DNA of 53,394 bases, counting the filler, from Bipalium vagum (lineage: Eukaryota): the NCBI GenBank assembly GCA_037834085.1. It is 3 parts of 3 records of this genome, joined end to end, with 100 filler letters (N's around TTAATTAATTAA, not from the genome) between each part and the next. Parts side by side here need not be neighbours in the genome. Positions count along the whole stretch, not along the records: positions 37,546 to 53,394 come from JBBMKC010142428.1; 2 more parts are not named here. One strand, given 5' to 3'. The notes under the pieces are model-generated. The model was given only the letters and a program-made list of their open reading frames with translations. It was not told where the DNA came from and searched no databases. The translations under genes were made by a program, and so were the position numbers. Below, piece after piece: positions 39,292 through 51,060 of this stretch (position 1 is the stretch's first letter; every line of letters begins with the position of its first letter).

Positions 39292-39860
39292 CAGGGTGTT
39301 TCAAAATAAATCAGACTCGTTTTTTCTTTATAATTTATTATATTATGTAATAACCGAAATAAAAAAGTAACAAATAACATTTAAATGTGTTTGTGGGTAC
39401 AACAAATGGAAGTGGTTTCAAAGGGATTACTTTGAGTATCGATACATAGGTGAAATTTTCGGTTGTGGGCCACACCTCTTAATGAAATTTGACTTCACTC
39501 CTGGAACAGGGATTGGTTAAGTGACATCAAACTATTGTGTGGTCTACTACAGGCCCTGGCCTCCAATACTGACTATATATTGTAATCCACTGGGTTTATA
39601 TCCTGAGAGTATGGAGTATATGATAAAATCAGGAAAATATGATTTGCATCATTCTAGAGTAGATTTCGCCCTGTTGGCTGCCGCTGAATCTTGTTGAAAA
39701 ATCCAATCATCATCGCCGAAATATTGTTGGGCTCAAGGAAGTAAACACTTAGAATAACTTTCGGTAATTCCATTTCATAGAAAAATGTAATTTGAATAAA
39801 TTTAATTATGATATAAAACTTTTGCTGAGGTCCAAAATCTGATACTTTATACACAACCTG
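39292..39860 (-). mobile_element. Tc1/mariner DD37D-like deletion derivative
   Basis: CAGGGTGTTTC... and ...CAACCTG|TA ends; minus strand NPVDYNI*SVLEARACSRPHNSLMSL (the DLNPxDY region). Confidence 0.7.
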
Positions 39861-40692
39861 TATATAATATAATCATTTTTATTTATTTTTATATATAACA
39901 TATTGATCTATAAATATGTTAATTGTAACGCTTCAAGACATCTTATGTATTGTACACATGAAGGAATTGTTTATTAACTAATAACAGTGGCTCCAAAACA
40001 ATTAAAGTAGAAAAGTCTATTGTAAGATAGAAAGCGAGATGAAACGAGATATAAACAAATTATTACATGACTACAAATATTAGTTTCCTTGTCTATAAAG
40101 TATTTTAATATAATTCAAACCATAAAATCAAACCAACAACAAAAATCACTGTTTCAAATGGACTTCAAAAAAATTGTTTTAATTTCTGAAATTGAAAGTT
40201 GACAACGGAGACATTATTTTTTGTTATTTATTTAAGAGATATTGAAAATATAAATAATGATTATAATCGGAATGTTCGTTTATTTTAGAAAATTGGTGAA
40301 ACATTTGTTAAAAATTTCCAACATTTATATATAAAAAATATTGGAATTTGTGATTTATTTATTAAAAAATATTAAATAAATAAATAATTGGTTAAAAATC
40401 TAAAAATCATGGAAATATTTTTTCGAACAGAATTAACCAACTGATTTTATTTATTTTATATTTTCTTTGAAAAATTGAACAAAATATTTTCCAACATTAA
40501 GAACAAATTAGACTCAATTAATATTTAAAGTTTCATTTTATTATTTTTTAAAATTAGTCAATGTGAGATACTCTAGTAAAACAAAATATTTTTATAAAAT
40601 GCTTAATCAAGTATCTTGTTAGTATTTAGTATCTTGTTCTGTTTGATATAATTTGGTAGTTCAGCGATATTTATATGATATTTTGGTATATA

Positions 40693-41381
40693 CGTGGATG
40701 AATCAAAAAGTAAAGAAACAAAGTGTTTAATTTTTTTCATAGGTAAGCAGTAAAACAATAATACGTTTTAACTTGTTTGCTACAATAAAATACGAAATAT
40801 TGATCGTAGAAATATTGACTAAAGGTATATTTATGTATAAATTTTAGATAAAAAAACATGGAGCCTGTTTTAAAAAATTACACCAAAGAAGAACAAAGGA
40901 GTGTTATTCGTTTTTTGCAGATGTTTCAGCTGATTTTCACCGAAAAATACTTGTTCAATATTGAGTAAATTGTTTTAACCGACAAAATCAAACTAAGTGG
41001 GTAAACAAATTTATAAATGGACGAACAAGCCTAAAGCACGAAGATCGGTCCGGAAGACCTGAAACATCGAAAACAGTTGAAAAATCCTCCATATAGCCCA
41101 GATTTGTCACCGTGTGACTAATACCTATTTGGACCCATGAAAGATGAATTATAAGGAAAACATTTCCACAATGATAATGCAGTGAAAAAAGCGGTGCAAG
41201 ATTTCTTTAAAGCAAAAGACAAAAGCTTCCTTGCTAAAGGAATACAGAAGTTAGTTGACAGATGGACGACGTGCATTGAAAAAAGTGGAGATTATTTTGA
41301 AAAATAATTGTCTGTATATGTTATAATGTTTGAAAATAAAATAATATAAAGCTTGTATCTTTACTTTACGATTCACGGTCG
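40693..41381 (+). mobile_element. Mariner (DD34D) deletion derivative with both TIRs
   Basis: TA|CGTGGATGAATCAAAAAGTAAAGA ... TCTTTACTTTACGATTCACGGTCG|TA. TKEEQRSVIRF and EDRSGRP are fused to PPYSPDLSPCD...LVDRWTTCIEKSGDYFEK. Confidence 0.9.
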
Positions 41382-41952
41382 TATTTGGTAATATTTATGG
41401 TGTAAAACTAAATAATAAAACAATTAAAAAATCTTTATTTATTAATTTTCATTTAAATCGAAATGATCTTCGTAAATAATGATCAGTTTTGTAATTTTCA
41501 AGTGAGTAGAAGATCAATAAAATTTTAATTGCAAGATAAGTTTAACTAAATTAATTATTATGTAATTATTATTATTATAATAATTATCATTTATATTCTT
41601 ATTTATAATATTATTTATGATATTATTCATATTATTAAATATCATAATTTATATTATTATTTATTATATTTTTTATATTATTAATAAAATCAAATAATTA
41701 TTCAAACTAATTATTCAATCAACAATATAAAAAATAAAAATCTAATATAAAAATAATAAAAATTTAAATTTAACAAATTTTTAATAGAATTAATTTATAT
41801 TAAATATTTTTCCTTTTTTTTCATATTATATTAGATTAAAAAAATAAAATAAAATAATTTTTAAAATTTCATTTATTGAGAATTTTCTAAATCAGATCAT
41901 TTCAGTGATCTCATTATTGATTTAAAACAAAATAATAATTCAATGGACGCAC

Positions 41953-42349
41953 TTTGTCTTGAGAAATGACCGATGCAGCAATATTGGAAATACCAGACGA
42001 AGTGTACGGTACATTAGGAAAAAGTGCAGGAGCTGGAAGACCAAATGGACCAGAAAAAATCTTTGCATTTAGCATTGCCAAGTCCTTCTTTTCTGGACTA
42101 GAAATCAATGGCGGAGACGATGGAAATGATGTGGATATCGCTAGAGATGGATATGGCTGTGAAACCGGATAGGAATTGGTGGAAGATCTGAGGAGAGATT
42201 GCACTTCACTATTGCATGGAGACGAGACATTGGTCAACAGAGGGTCCGTAGACCTACAAAGCACTGACGAGTCGGTTTCTTGTGGGGAATTATTGATCAC
42301 CGTATAAGAAGGAGGACTATTGCTTATTGAACGGTTTAATTTGTCTTCT
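41953..42349 (-). CDS. ADAM cytoplasmic-tail exon (Ser/Pro-rich); 3' end uncertain (donor at 41952 or read-through to stop at 41914)
   Basis: Follows a 57-nt intron: EDKLNRSISNSPPSYTVINNS...ASVISQDK; in frame with ORF 41914-42300. Confidence 0.8.
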
Positions 42350-42406
42350 CTAGAACAGAAATATAATAAGCATCACCAGTGAAATCAATCAATGTTCAAT
42401 AAATAC

Positions 42407-42886
42407 TTGTAAGATGGCATACTGCCGAACTTAATGTTTTTCTCAATGCTATTTCCAATTTCCTCGCTGACCTTTCCCACAACATTGAGATTATTGATCT
42501 CGTTATTTGATTGAGCTCCACCTGGTCGCGACCTGTTCCAATCTTGCTCGTTAACACCATTTTCGCTAATTGCACCAGCAGATTCATTTCCGTCTCCGGT
42601 GTCTCTACAAAGTTGCCGGTGTCCACTACCGTTGGACGTTCGTCGTCGGTGTCTTCTGCCTCGTCGTTTATTGTTTCCGCTCATATCTGAATCGTATCTG
42701 CCATCGGAAATTCGTTTGCTACCCATAGACAGATTCGATTTTCTCCCAACAATTCGAGCTCCACTTTCCGAATGGTATTCATAGCCGACAGAATCGAACT
42801 TATCTTGGGCCTTATAATTTCCACTGGTTTTCAGTCCATTGGGACCGTATCCGTCACAACGTTTCGATCTGTAATCGTTTGTCCGT
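42407..42886 (-). CDS. ADAM cytoplasmic-tail exon
   Basis: Follows a 54-nt intron: RRTNDYRSKR...KRRGRRHRRR...KNIKFGSMPSY(K)|GTATTT; the frame matches ORF 42385-42726. Confidence 0.85.
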
Positions 42887-42940
42887 CTGATTAACGGAAA
42901 TCAGTGAAATAAAACAAAAAAACATAAACTGTGCCCCCAC

Positions 42941-43040
42941 CTATAGCAGACCATGAACAGGACCAGAATAATAAAAACGATCCCAATACAAGATCCCAAA
43001 ATAATAATTAAATTAACGGTCTCTATTGATTTCGATTTAC
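42941..43040 (-). CDS. ADAM transmembrane exon
   Basis: KSKSIETVNLIIILGSCIGIVFIILVLFMVCY(R)|GT. Confidence 0.88.
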
Positions 43041-43091
43041 CTGAATATGTGACAGGTTTGATAAAATAATTGAATTTATATTTTGTTTTAC

Positions 43092-43308
43092 CAGTGCCAT
43101 CGCCGACATTTGATCCAGCCTCATTATCGGAAAGATAAATAGGCCCGTCATAAATACCGATTTCTTTGAAATAGGCCCAAATGTAATTTTTGACGGGTTC
43201 CGAATATCCGAACTCTCCGAACGTGGCAAACGACCCATTGATGGCCACGGAACAGTTTTCTCCCGTCCATCCAGGATGACAGAGACACTTTTCCACATTG
43301 GTGCACAA
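43092..43308 (-). CDS. ADAM exon (EGF-like domain plus stalk)
   Basis: Follows a 55-nt intron: LCTNVEKCLCHPGWTGENCS...DGT|GTAAAA. Confidence 0.9.
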
Positions 43309-43363
43309 CTTAATTCCACACCATTCAATAAGACGTTCATCAAAGGAAAGCTAAAATTCTCAC

Positions 43364-43532
43364 TCCTCTGTTGAAACATACAGACGATTCGGATGAGTTT
43401 TCTTTCACGATTTTTGGACATTTGCTAATGATTTTCGAATTTCCCAACGTACAGGTATTGCCGAAGCAGTATTTCCCTTTTCCACATTCTGTGCCGTCTT
43501 CGACATAGGAGTAGTCGTGATTGTCAAGATAT
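43364..43532 (-). CDS. ADAM exon (end of Cys-rich domain, start of EGF)
   Basis: Follows a 65-nt intron: YLDNHDYSYVEDGTECGKGKYCFGNTC...KCP...VCFNRG|GTGAG. Confidence 0.9.
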
Positions 43533-43597
43533 CTGTGTCACACAAAACGAAAAAACCCCCGTAAAGCCAATGGAACATGTATTTCACAGTGATTTAC

Positions 43598-43738
43598 TTG
43601 CAAAGGATTTGTTTTTGCTGATTTTGTAACGAAGTGATGATTGATTGCCGAATTTTGTCTTTGGAATCGGTCTTGATGCCCGATTCACTGAGAGAATCAG
43701 ATCCTCCTTGACAAAACAGATAACCGCACATTTGATTT
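43598..43738 (-). CDS. ADAM exon (Cys-rich domain)
   Basis: Follows a 61-nt intron: NQMCGYLFCQGG...QILC. Confidence 0.9.
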
Positions 43739-43799
43739 CTGTTAAATCCATTCGAAAATTGATGGTAAACCGTTTCACTATTTTTATTATGTCACTCAC

Positions 43800-44008
43800 T
43801 CTTCCGTGCATTTTCGATTGTGACCACAACTGTCGTCATATTTTTTATTGAATGTCGAATAACAGGCTTTATCAGCTTCCTTTGATTTTGATCCCCATAA
43901 TCCTTGACACTTGTTGTCTCTGGTCGGACATCGACCTTGATAGCACAGTGCTGTGCCCTTGTTGCACGGTTGACCGTTTTCCAGAAATAAGTCTTTCGGA
44001 CAACTTCC
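43800..44008 (-). CDS. ADAM family protein exon (disintegrin end/Cys-rich domain); first exon visible
   Basis: CAG|GSCPKDLFLENGQPCNKGTALCYQGRCPTRDNKCQGLWGSKSKEADKACYSTFNKKYDDSCGHNRKCTE|GTGAGT, the ADAM_CR pattern. Confidence 0.93.
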
Positions 44009-44124
44009 CTGTTAACGTAAACGAGGAATATTTGATACAATTTTTATTATATGAAGTGTTCCAAAAACGACTTCAATTGTATATTTTAAATTCAAATTAT
44101 AAATACAGGTAAAGTTTATTAATA

Positions 44125-44410
44125 CAGGGTCTTCCAAAAGAAGCTTTACTACTTTTAACATATTAAATACTAAGTAGTTTTTGTTTAAATAAATTAATAT
44201 TTAACATTATTCTAGCTAAACATTTGAAAATTAAATAGGGATCGTTATAATATGCAAAAACGAGCAGAAATTGTCAAAATATTTTATCAAAGCGGTAGTT
44301 CAATTTCAGTAACCTTTAAAAAATTAAATGCAAAAATTCAACAGAACCAACAATTTACAGTCTGGTTAATGCTTTTGAAGCAATTGGTTCGGTAGTAGAC
44401 CTCGATTAAC
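44125..44410 (+). mobile_element. Tc1/mariner 5' fragment (DD41D-like HTH)
   Basis: TA|CAGGGTCTTCCAAAAG; KRAEIVKIFYQSGSSISVTFKKL...LVNAFEAIGSV. Confidence 0.7.
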
Positions 44411-46154
44411 AAGACATTAACACAAAACTTTATAGGTAATCCCTTGCAATAGTTTTTTGACTCCTTTTAAATGATCCAATTCCTGTGTACATTTGCAGTG
44501 AGTCATATTGTTTTGTATGAGTTTTCGTAGTTTTTATTCGAGTTCCTGTTTGGTGTTAAATTAAATTCTTCCTTTTCATAACGACCAATCATATTGTATT
44601 CCTTGGATAATTGTTGAATTCTTAAAGTTTTTACTTCACAGTATAAAGTTTTTAAGTAATGATCAATTTCCTTTGTATATTAAAATCATTTTTAGTTAGC
44701 ACGTCAACAGCTACAAAATTTTCATCAATCGATATATTAATATTGATTTATTTGAAAACTAAAATAATTTTAGCGGTTTAAATTGTTTTAACAAATCTGA
44801 TTATAAATTAAATTGTTTTGGTACACCTTAAAAACTTATATTTAAAAAATGATTAATTTCTAGAATTATAAATAATAATTAAAAGAAAATTAAAATATAA
44901 TCAATAATTTAGTTAAATATTTTGTTTTAATCAATGATCGAATACTTTCTAAAGAAATTATTGATAAATTTTTATCGTTGCAATTTTACCGAAAAGAGAT
45001 TTTTGTTTAGTCGGGCCAGAAAATTAATACTCACTTAAAATATCATTCAAATGGTTAATTAAAACAAACGAAAAAGACGAATATTTATCTGAGAGATTCC
45101 GTAATCTTATTGAAACGGAAAATAAATTACATCAATTATTTCTAATTAATTGGGTATGGATTGAATTTTATTCTAAACTATTGAACCAAAATTCAATATA
45201 AAAATCGGACTGGGATTGGAAGTATAACGACCAATTCATAAAAGATGAAATCATTTCTCTGTACGACGTTCTGTATATGATTAGGTTGGTTGAAAAATTC
45301 TATTTCCTAAAGTAGTATAACAAATCCCGAAAGCCGTGAGAATAATGAAACTTTCATCTCGTTAATTAATTCGTAATCCGTAAACTGTGTGATAACTTAA
45401 TCCCCGCATTATCTTTTCTTGCTTTCCTGTTAGCCGCCTTGTTGAAAATCTTTCAACAAAACTCTTAATGAAACTAATTCTTTCAAAGACTAAAAGTTAT
45501 CTTATTCCAAATGTCATGATTTACATTCGTCTCACATCTTTTGTGAAATTAAATAGGGGAAATCGTCGCTTCTTAAGATTTAAGATCAGCAGAAGATGAT
45601 GGCCGACAATTTTCGATCATTTCAACACTTGATCCGTACTTCATATTGAACGCTAATCCCATTATATTTGGTACTCACTGCAGCATTTATTGATTACTAC
45701 TTTTCAGCGGTGTCCCTTAGTTTTTTAATCAACATTAATAGACATTTCCTTATGATTTTTTTTTATATTTTTCAATTTTTTTATTTGTTTTTTTTAAAGA
45801 TTTTATGTACTGCATTGACTTCGGAATGCATAAAAAATTGGTTAATAAACTGTAAATTTTTTCTTTTTTCTCACAGGAGAAAACATTTGAAAATTTTCAT
45901 TTTATTTAAAGTCATAATAAATTTGACCAAAAATTAAATTTTTTAGTAACAAATATTATTTTGATTTAAATTTTTTTTCATAAATTTGCAATTTATAGTA
46001 AATTAAAGATATGATTTAAAAATATGATTAAATTATAAAATTTATGGTTGTTTAAATTAATTAAAAACATCAACATGGTTGGCTGAATCAATTTTAACTT
46101 TGATTAAATATGGTTCTTAAATAAATAATGTCTTAAAATTTTTTAATGAAAATA

Positions 46155-47357
46155 TTGGATTGTGGAATAAGTTCTGCAATATTTTCATCAAAATTAAAAC
46201 GAGCTCTACTATATAAATCTTTATTTATTTCATGTAAACATTAAATATTTTCTTTCGAATACCTGTTTCCAACGTTTATATCAACTTGATGAAAAGTTTC
46301 ATGAAAACAATCCTTGACATTTTTAATTGAATGAATTCGTTGCTTGACCAGATTATATTTTGAAGGCATCGGAATACATTGAAATTTTAAGGACCTATAT
46401 CTATTGAGTATGTAGGGTTTTGTTTTGGTTCTAGTTTGCGTTAGGTTACCAAAGCCGTACGTGGTTTAACGTTGAGCTGGTTAAAGACCACATTATTTTT
46501 GTTCACTAATCTTTGTCGTTTCATCATCAGCACCTTCATTTTTCTAGTTGATCTACATACCCCTTTGCGTTAATAATCTGATCAATTTTAAGCAGTTCGT
46601 AATAAATAATTCTCTTCCAAATCCCATCAAATACATAACATTATCGGTGGGATGCAAAACTGGATTTTCAGTTTCTTGCATAATACACGTGGACCGCAAC
46701 ATGACGCTTAATATTATTGTAGACAACCAATTTTCTTCATAGAGGTTCATAAATAGGTTCAATGAATTTAATTTTAAGAGAGACTCACTGATCGTAATCC
46801 GACCAGAAATATTACTTTCTGATAATTCGTGCGTGACGTAATTTTTTATCTTTTTTGTCTTCCCAAAATTTTAAGCGCCTCACAAGTGTGGAATGTTCAG
46901 TACCCAAGCTTTGCGCTATTTCTTGAGTTTAGATATGTCGGTCTGCTTTGATTGCGATTAAGATTTCGTTATCATCAATGGTAACAGTGAGACTTTCTTT
47001 GGCACTATCTTGAACACTGAAATCCATATATGGGAAACTCATAAACCACCTCTGTCAGGTATCTGGGTTTATGTCAAAATTACCATATACACTGCATATT
47101 TCACGATGCACCTCTGATGCATTTACCTTTTTTATATAAAAAAGTAAAAAATGCATTAAATTTTGCTTTAAATCTTCAGTTTGATTTACTTCATTCACTC
47201 TAAAATTATGTATATTATAAAAAAACTTTGTTATACAATAAAAGTATGGGAATACAGATCCGGATATTATCAATCGATTTGGAAAAAAATAATTTGAATA
47301 CAATTTGTATTTGAATTTAGTAGTTGAAAATAATGCAGGACATATTCCACAACGTAA
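46155..47357 (-). mobile_element. Near full-length decayed mariner (DD34D)
   Basis: TIRs TTGGATTGTGGAATAAGTTCTGCA / TGCAGGACATATTCCACAACGTAA with TA flanks; HFLLFY...NASEVHREICSVYG and YYELLK...INAKGYVDQL remnants. Confidence 0.88.
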
Positions 47358-49829
47358 TATTATTTGTCACTGATTAAAAATATTGGTTATTTATGTTTTA
47401 CTATTCATTGTACAAATAATTCCATGTCCTCCAGGAATATATTCGAGGAAATTTAAAAATTAAATTTTTCATTTCCTTAGATATTGATCACTCTTAGAAG
47501 CTCCAAATTTTATAAGATGTGAAAATGAAAACAGAATACATTTTTTATATATGACAAAAGATGGACTGTGCCAAACTATTAACTCTGTTCATAAATAAAT
47601 ATATCCCATTAAAAAGTTTCCCTCACATATAATACTTTCATTCTCTGACATATAATACAATATATTTGGCTTTGTTTTAAACGATGCTTTTTTCCAAAAA
47701 TAGTATAAAACAATTAAAGTAAAATATGGAAGAATTTCCATTTTATTTTTTATGGATCATATAAAACGTTCCCAACAGAAAAAATAATACAATTATTAAA
47801 ACAAAAAACAAGACACGATTTTTAAAGACATCATAATTTTCCTTCACTTAAAATCAGTGTTAAAACAAAACCAAATTTCACAGGAAAAAAAAATTACGAA
47901 AAATAATTGATTTCCAAAATTATTTATAAAAAATATTCGTAAATTCCTTTTGCATTTATGATTTGTTTTAATTGAAGAATAAAAGGGGAAACGAGAGACT
48001 AATACAAAATAGATAATTTTAATCAAGGGAAAGCAAAAACGTGCAACTTTGAAATCTCCCCCACTTCCCATTTCCTCAACGACTTATGCAACTCATTACA
48101 TGTTTGGTTTATTGAGACATAAATTTGTCATTAATTAATTAATAATTAGTCTAAATTTTACCTGTCTTAACAAAATCAATTATCTATTTTGAACAAGCAA
48201 ATCCTGCGACATCGGAGGCTGGAAATTCATTAAAATTCATTTTATTATTTATCTTTATTCTCTTTCAACAGAGAAAAAATAATAGTAATATTTCTTTATT
48301 TCAATTAAAAATGACAAATATTATATTTTTATTTAATTTTTCTTGTCTATAATAAAAAAGAAAAAGAAATTCGAAGAAAGTTTTAATGGTTTTTATTGTT
48401 TTTGTATTTTTATTTAAAATTATTAAACAATTTTTTTACATAATTAAATTTTTAAAAAATTCTTTTATAAATTTTATTATTAATATAATAATATAATTAA
48501 TGTCAGAGCAATTTTATGATAAAAAAATTGACAAGAAAAATAAATTCATATTATATTTCTTCTTTTGTTTTTGTCAGTTTTTAATTGAATTTTTATTAAA
48601 TTAAAAAAATGTATACTTAAAAAAAATTATATCATTTGTACAAAATAAATATAAAAAATAATATAAATTCAAACAACGTAATATTATATTAATGAATAAT
48701 AAATTAGTTAAAAATCGATAAAGTTTAGCGATTTTAATAATAGAATAAAATAAAAAATAAATTAATACATTTATTGGAAATGTTGTCATCAAAGTATAAA
48801 AATAAAATAAATATAATATAAAGTTATGTAAAATATAAATTAATAATTTATTAATAATTAAATATATAATTAATATTTTCATATTTGTCTTACTGAAGGG
48901 TCAACCTCATTTCCACGCTTGACCATTAATTACATTTTTCATTATACCTTTAATTTTATTTATAATGAATTATAAATAAAATATTTTACAAAAGTTAAGT
49001 GGAAAAATTTCTGGAGAAATGAAAAAAGGTGCGATTTTTAATTTACAATTGGAAATTTTCTGAAAAATCGTGGAAAATTATTTTCATAAAACGGAAAAAT
49101 GATTAATATTTCCATCAGAATTTCGAAAACGCCCACAGTCTTTGCATTTAAGAAACTGCTAAATCAATTAATTATTAATTATAAATTGGAATTATTATTA
49201 TTATTTTTTTATTATAATTTTCATCGAAACAATAGTAAATTCATTAACATATCTGATTTGACGATTGTTTTAATCGATAGAAATGGCAAGCATATTATTT
49301 ATTTTACAAGCTAAAACAATATTAAACGCGATCAATGTTTGATTTATTTGATCAACTTGGAAATGTGTTTATTTAATTAATATTTATTGGATTTCTTTAT
49401 TAATTAAAATATTATTAATCATTTATTGTAGTATTAAAATTATTTATTTATTTTTCCCACTTATTTATAATCGAGAGTAATTGGATTTTGCTGAGTGATG
49501 ATAAACAATTCCTTTCTTAGACTGACATAAAACTGTCAAGAATTTAAACAAAAAATAATTGAAAATATTATATTAAATCCAATTCACGACTGACTTATTA
49601 AAAGATGGACAGGTGATTTTGTATTACCACGTAAAAAATATCACTTTTTCAGTTAATATATTTTACAGTTATAAAAATGTGTACTAAATGCTTTGTGGAG
49701 ACTCCGAAGATTTACAAAAATCAATATTGAAATTTGTGATACATTTCATTTTATTTTTTTGTAAAAAAATGATTTATTCTTCTTTGCATTCTTTATTAAT
49801 AAAATTATATAATATAAAGACATAAAATA

Positions 49830-50150
49830 ATAATTGCAAAATCAGAATATGCAACAGAATTTGATGTGAGCATCAGAACAATTGTAATTGCAAATCATAA
49901 TGGATAAACGTTCTGTGAAGCTGCCAAAATTGATTAATCGAATTTTACCCATTTTTCTACACGATAATGTTCCCCACAAGGTTTTTCAAAAGACGTTATC
50001 AATGTTGTAGGTAATGAAATTGGAAACTCTTAAATATCCCTTGCTCCATATTCTTTTGAAGTTTGGATAATTTTATTCAAGGAAAACAATTTAGAACAAA
50101 AGAGAACGTAGAACAGGTATTTTTCGATTTGGTTCTCTCAATGAACTCAA
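49830..50150 (+). mobile_element. Mariner transposase 3' fragment
   Basis: PIFLHDNVPH...KTL...KLETLKYP...DNFIQGKQF. Confidence 0.7.
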
Positions 50151-50599
50151 TACAACTAAAATTGAATTCAGTAGATGTGGAGATTTATACTTACTCCAAT
50201 ATTGGGTTTTATCACATTTTATTCTTGAGTCACATTGTTTTCAGAAAGAGGACAGTGAAAATCACAACCATTTGATAAATATAATTTTGTGAAAACATCT
50301 TATAATATTATAATATTAAACATCTTATAATTAATTATAGGGATTATTAAGCAGTAAAATATCTGAAGTCAATAGAATATATTAAGTTGATGGAAAAGTA
50401 TTATCGCTTTTTCATATACTAACTTTAAAGAAAAAATATATTTGAATATCGACTGATATTTTTATATTTATTGATTAATAATAATAAGACAGGTAAGGCT
50501 CTATTAAATTAAAACTTTATTTTATTATTTTAGGTTTGTTTTAATAATATAAAACACTATTTAACAGACAATGACAACAGCGTAAATTAAAACTTGCTT

Positions 50600-51060
50600 A
50601 CTTTATGAATTTAAGTTAAAGAAAATGTATCAGAGGCTGCGCGAAATATTTGCTTAGCGTGGAGTAAGAATTCAGTTACTAAACGAGATGCTGAGCATTG
50701 GTTCAAACTGTTCCGTTCAATTGAAGACCAGTGTCGTTCAGGTTGAGCATCAGCGGTTGATAATAACTCTTTAAAAGCCAAGATCGAGTCCAACCTTCAA
50801 AACTCATTTCGTGCACTTGCAGATATATTTGGAATAGACAACACAACAGTTTGAGATCATCTTAACAAATTTGAAAAGTAAAAAAGCTACAAAAATGGGT
50901 CACACATAAAAAAGGTGAAAATTCAGCGATTTTACATTTGCTCTTCCTTATTGCTAAGAAACAAACAGTAAGCCATCCTTAAATAATTATTACCTGTGAC
51001 GAGAAATGGATATTCTTTGACAACACCAGACATTTCGGAGAGTGGGTAGATATTTAAGAA
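50600..51060 (+). mobile_element. Mariner transposase 5' fragment
   Basis: NVSEAARNICLAWSKNSVT...HWFKLFR...EDQCRSG...ICSSLLLRN...IITCDEKWIFFDN. Confidence 0.85.

Noticed and set aside
41966-44112. Plus-strand and alternative-frame ORFs overlapping the ADAM exons
   Set aside because: They are antisense or off-frame shadows of GC-richer coding exons; the spliced minus-strand model explains the region.
46513-46535. Minus-strand CTGATGATGAAAC resembling a hammerhead ribozyme core
   Set aside because: It has no stem II or flanking helices and lies inside mariner transposase coding remnants.
48601-49314. Hydrophobic I/F/L/Y/N-rich ORFs here and at 6446, 14365, 22529, 38075, 39011 and 45668
   Set aside because: Expected by chance in low-complexity AT-rich DNA; no motifs or splice support.
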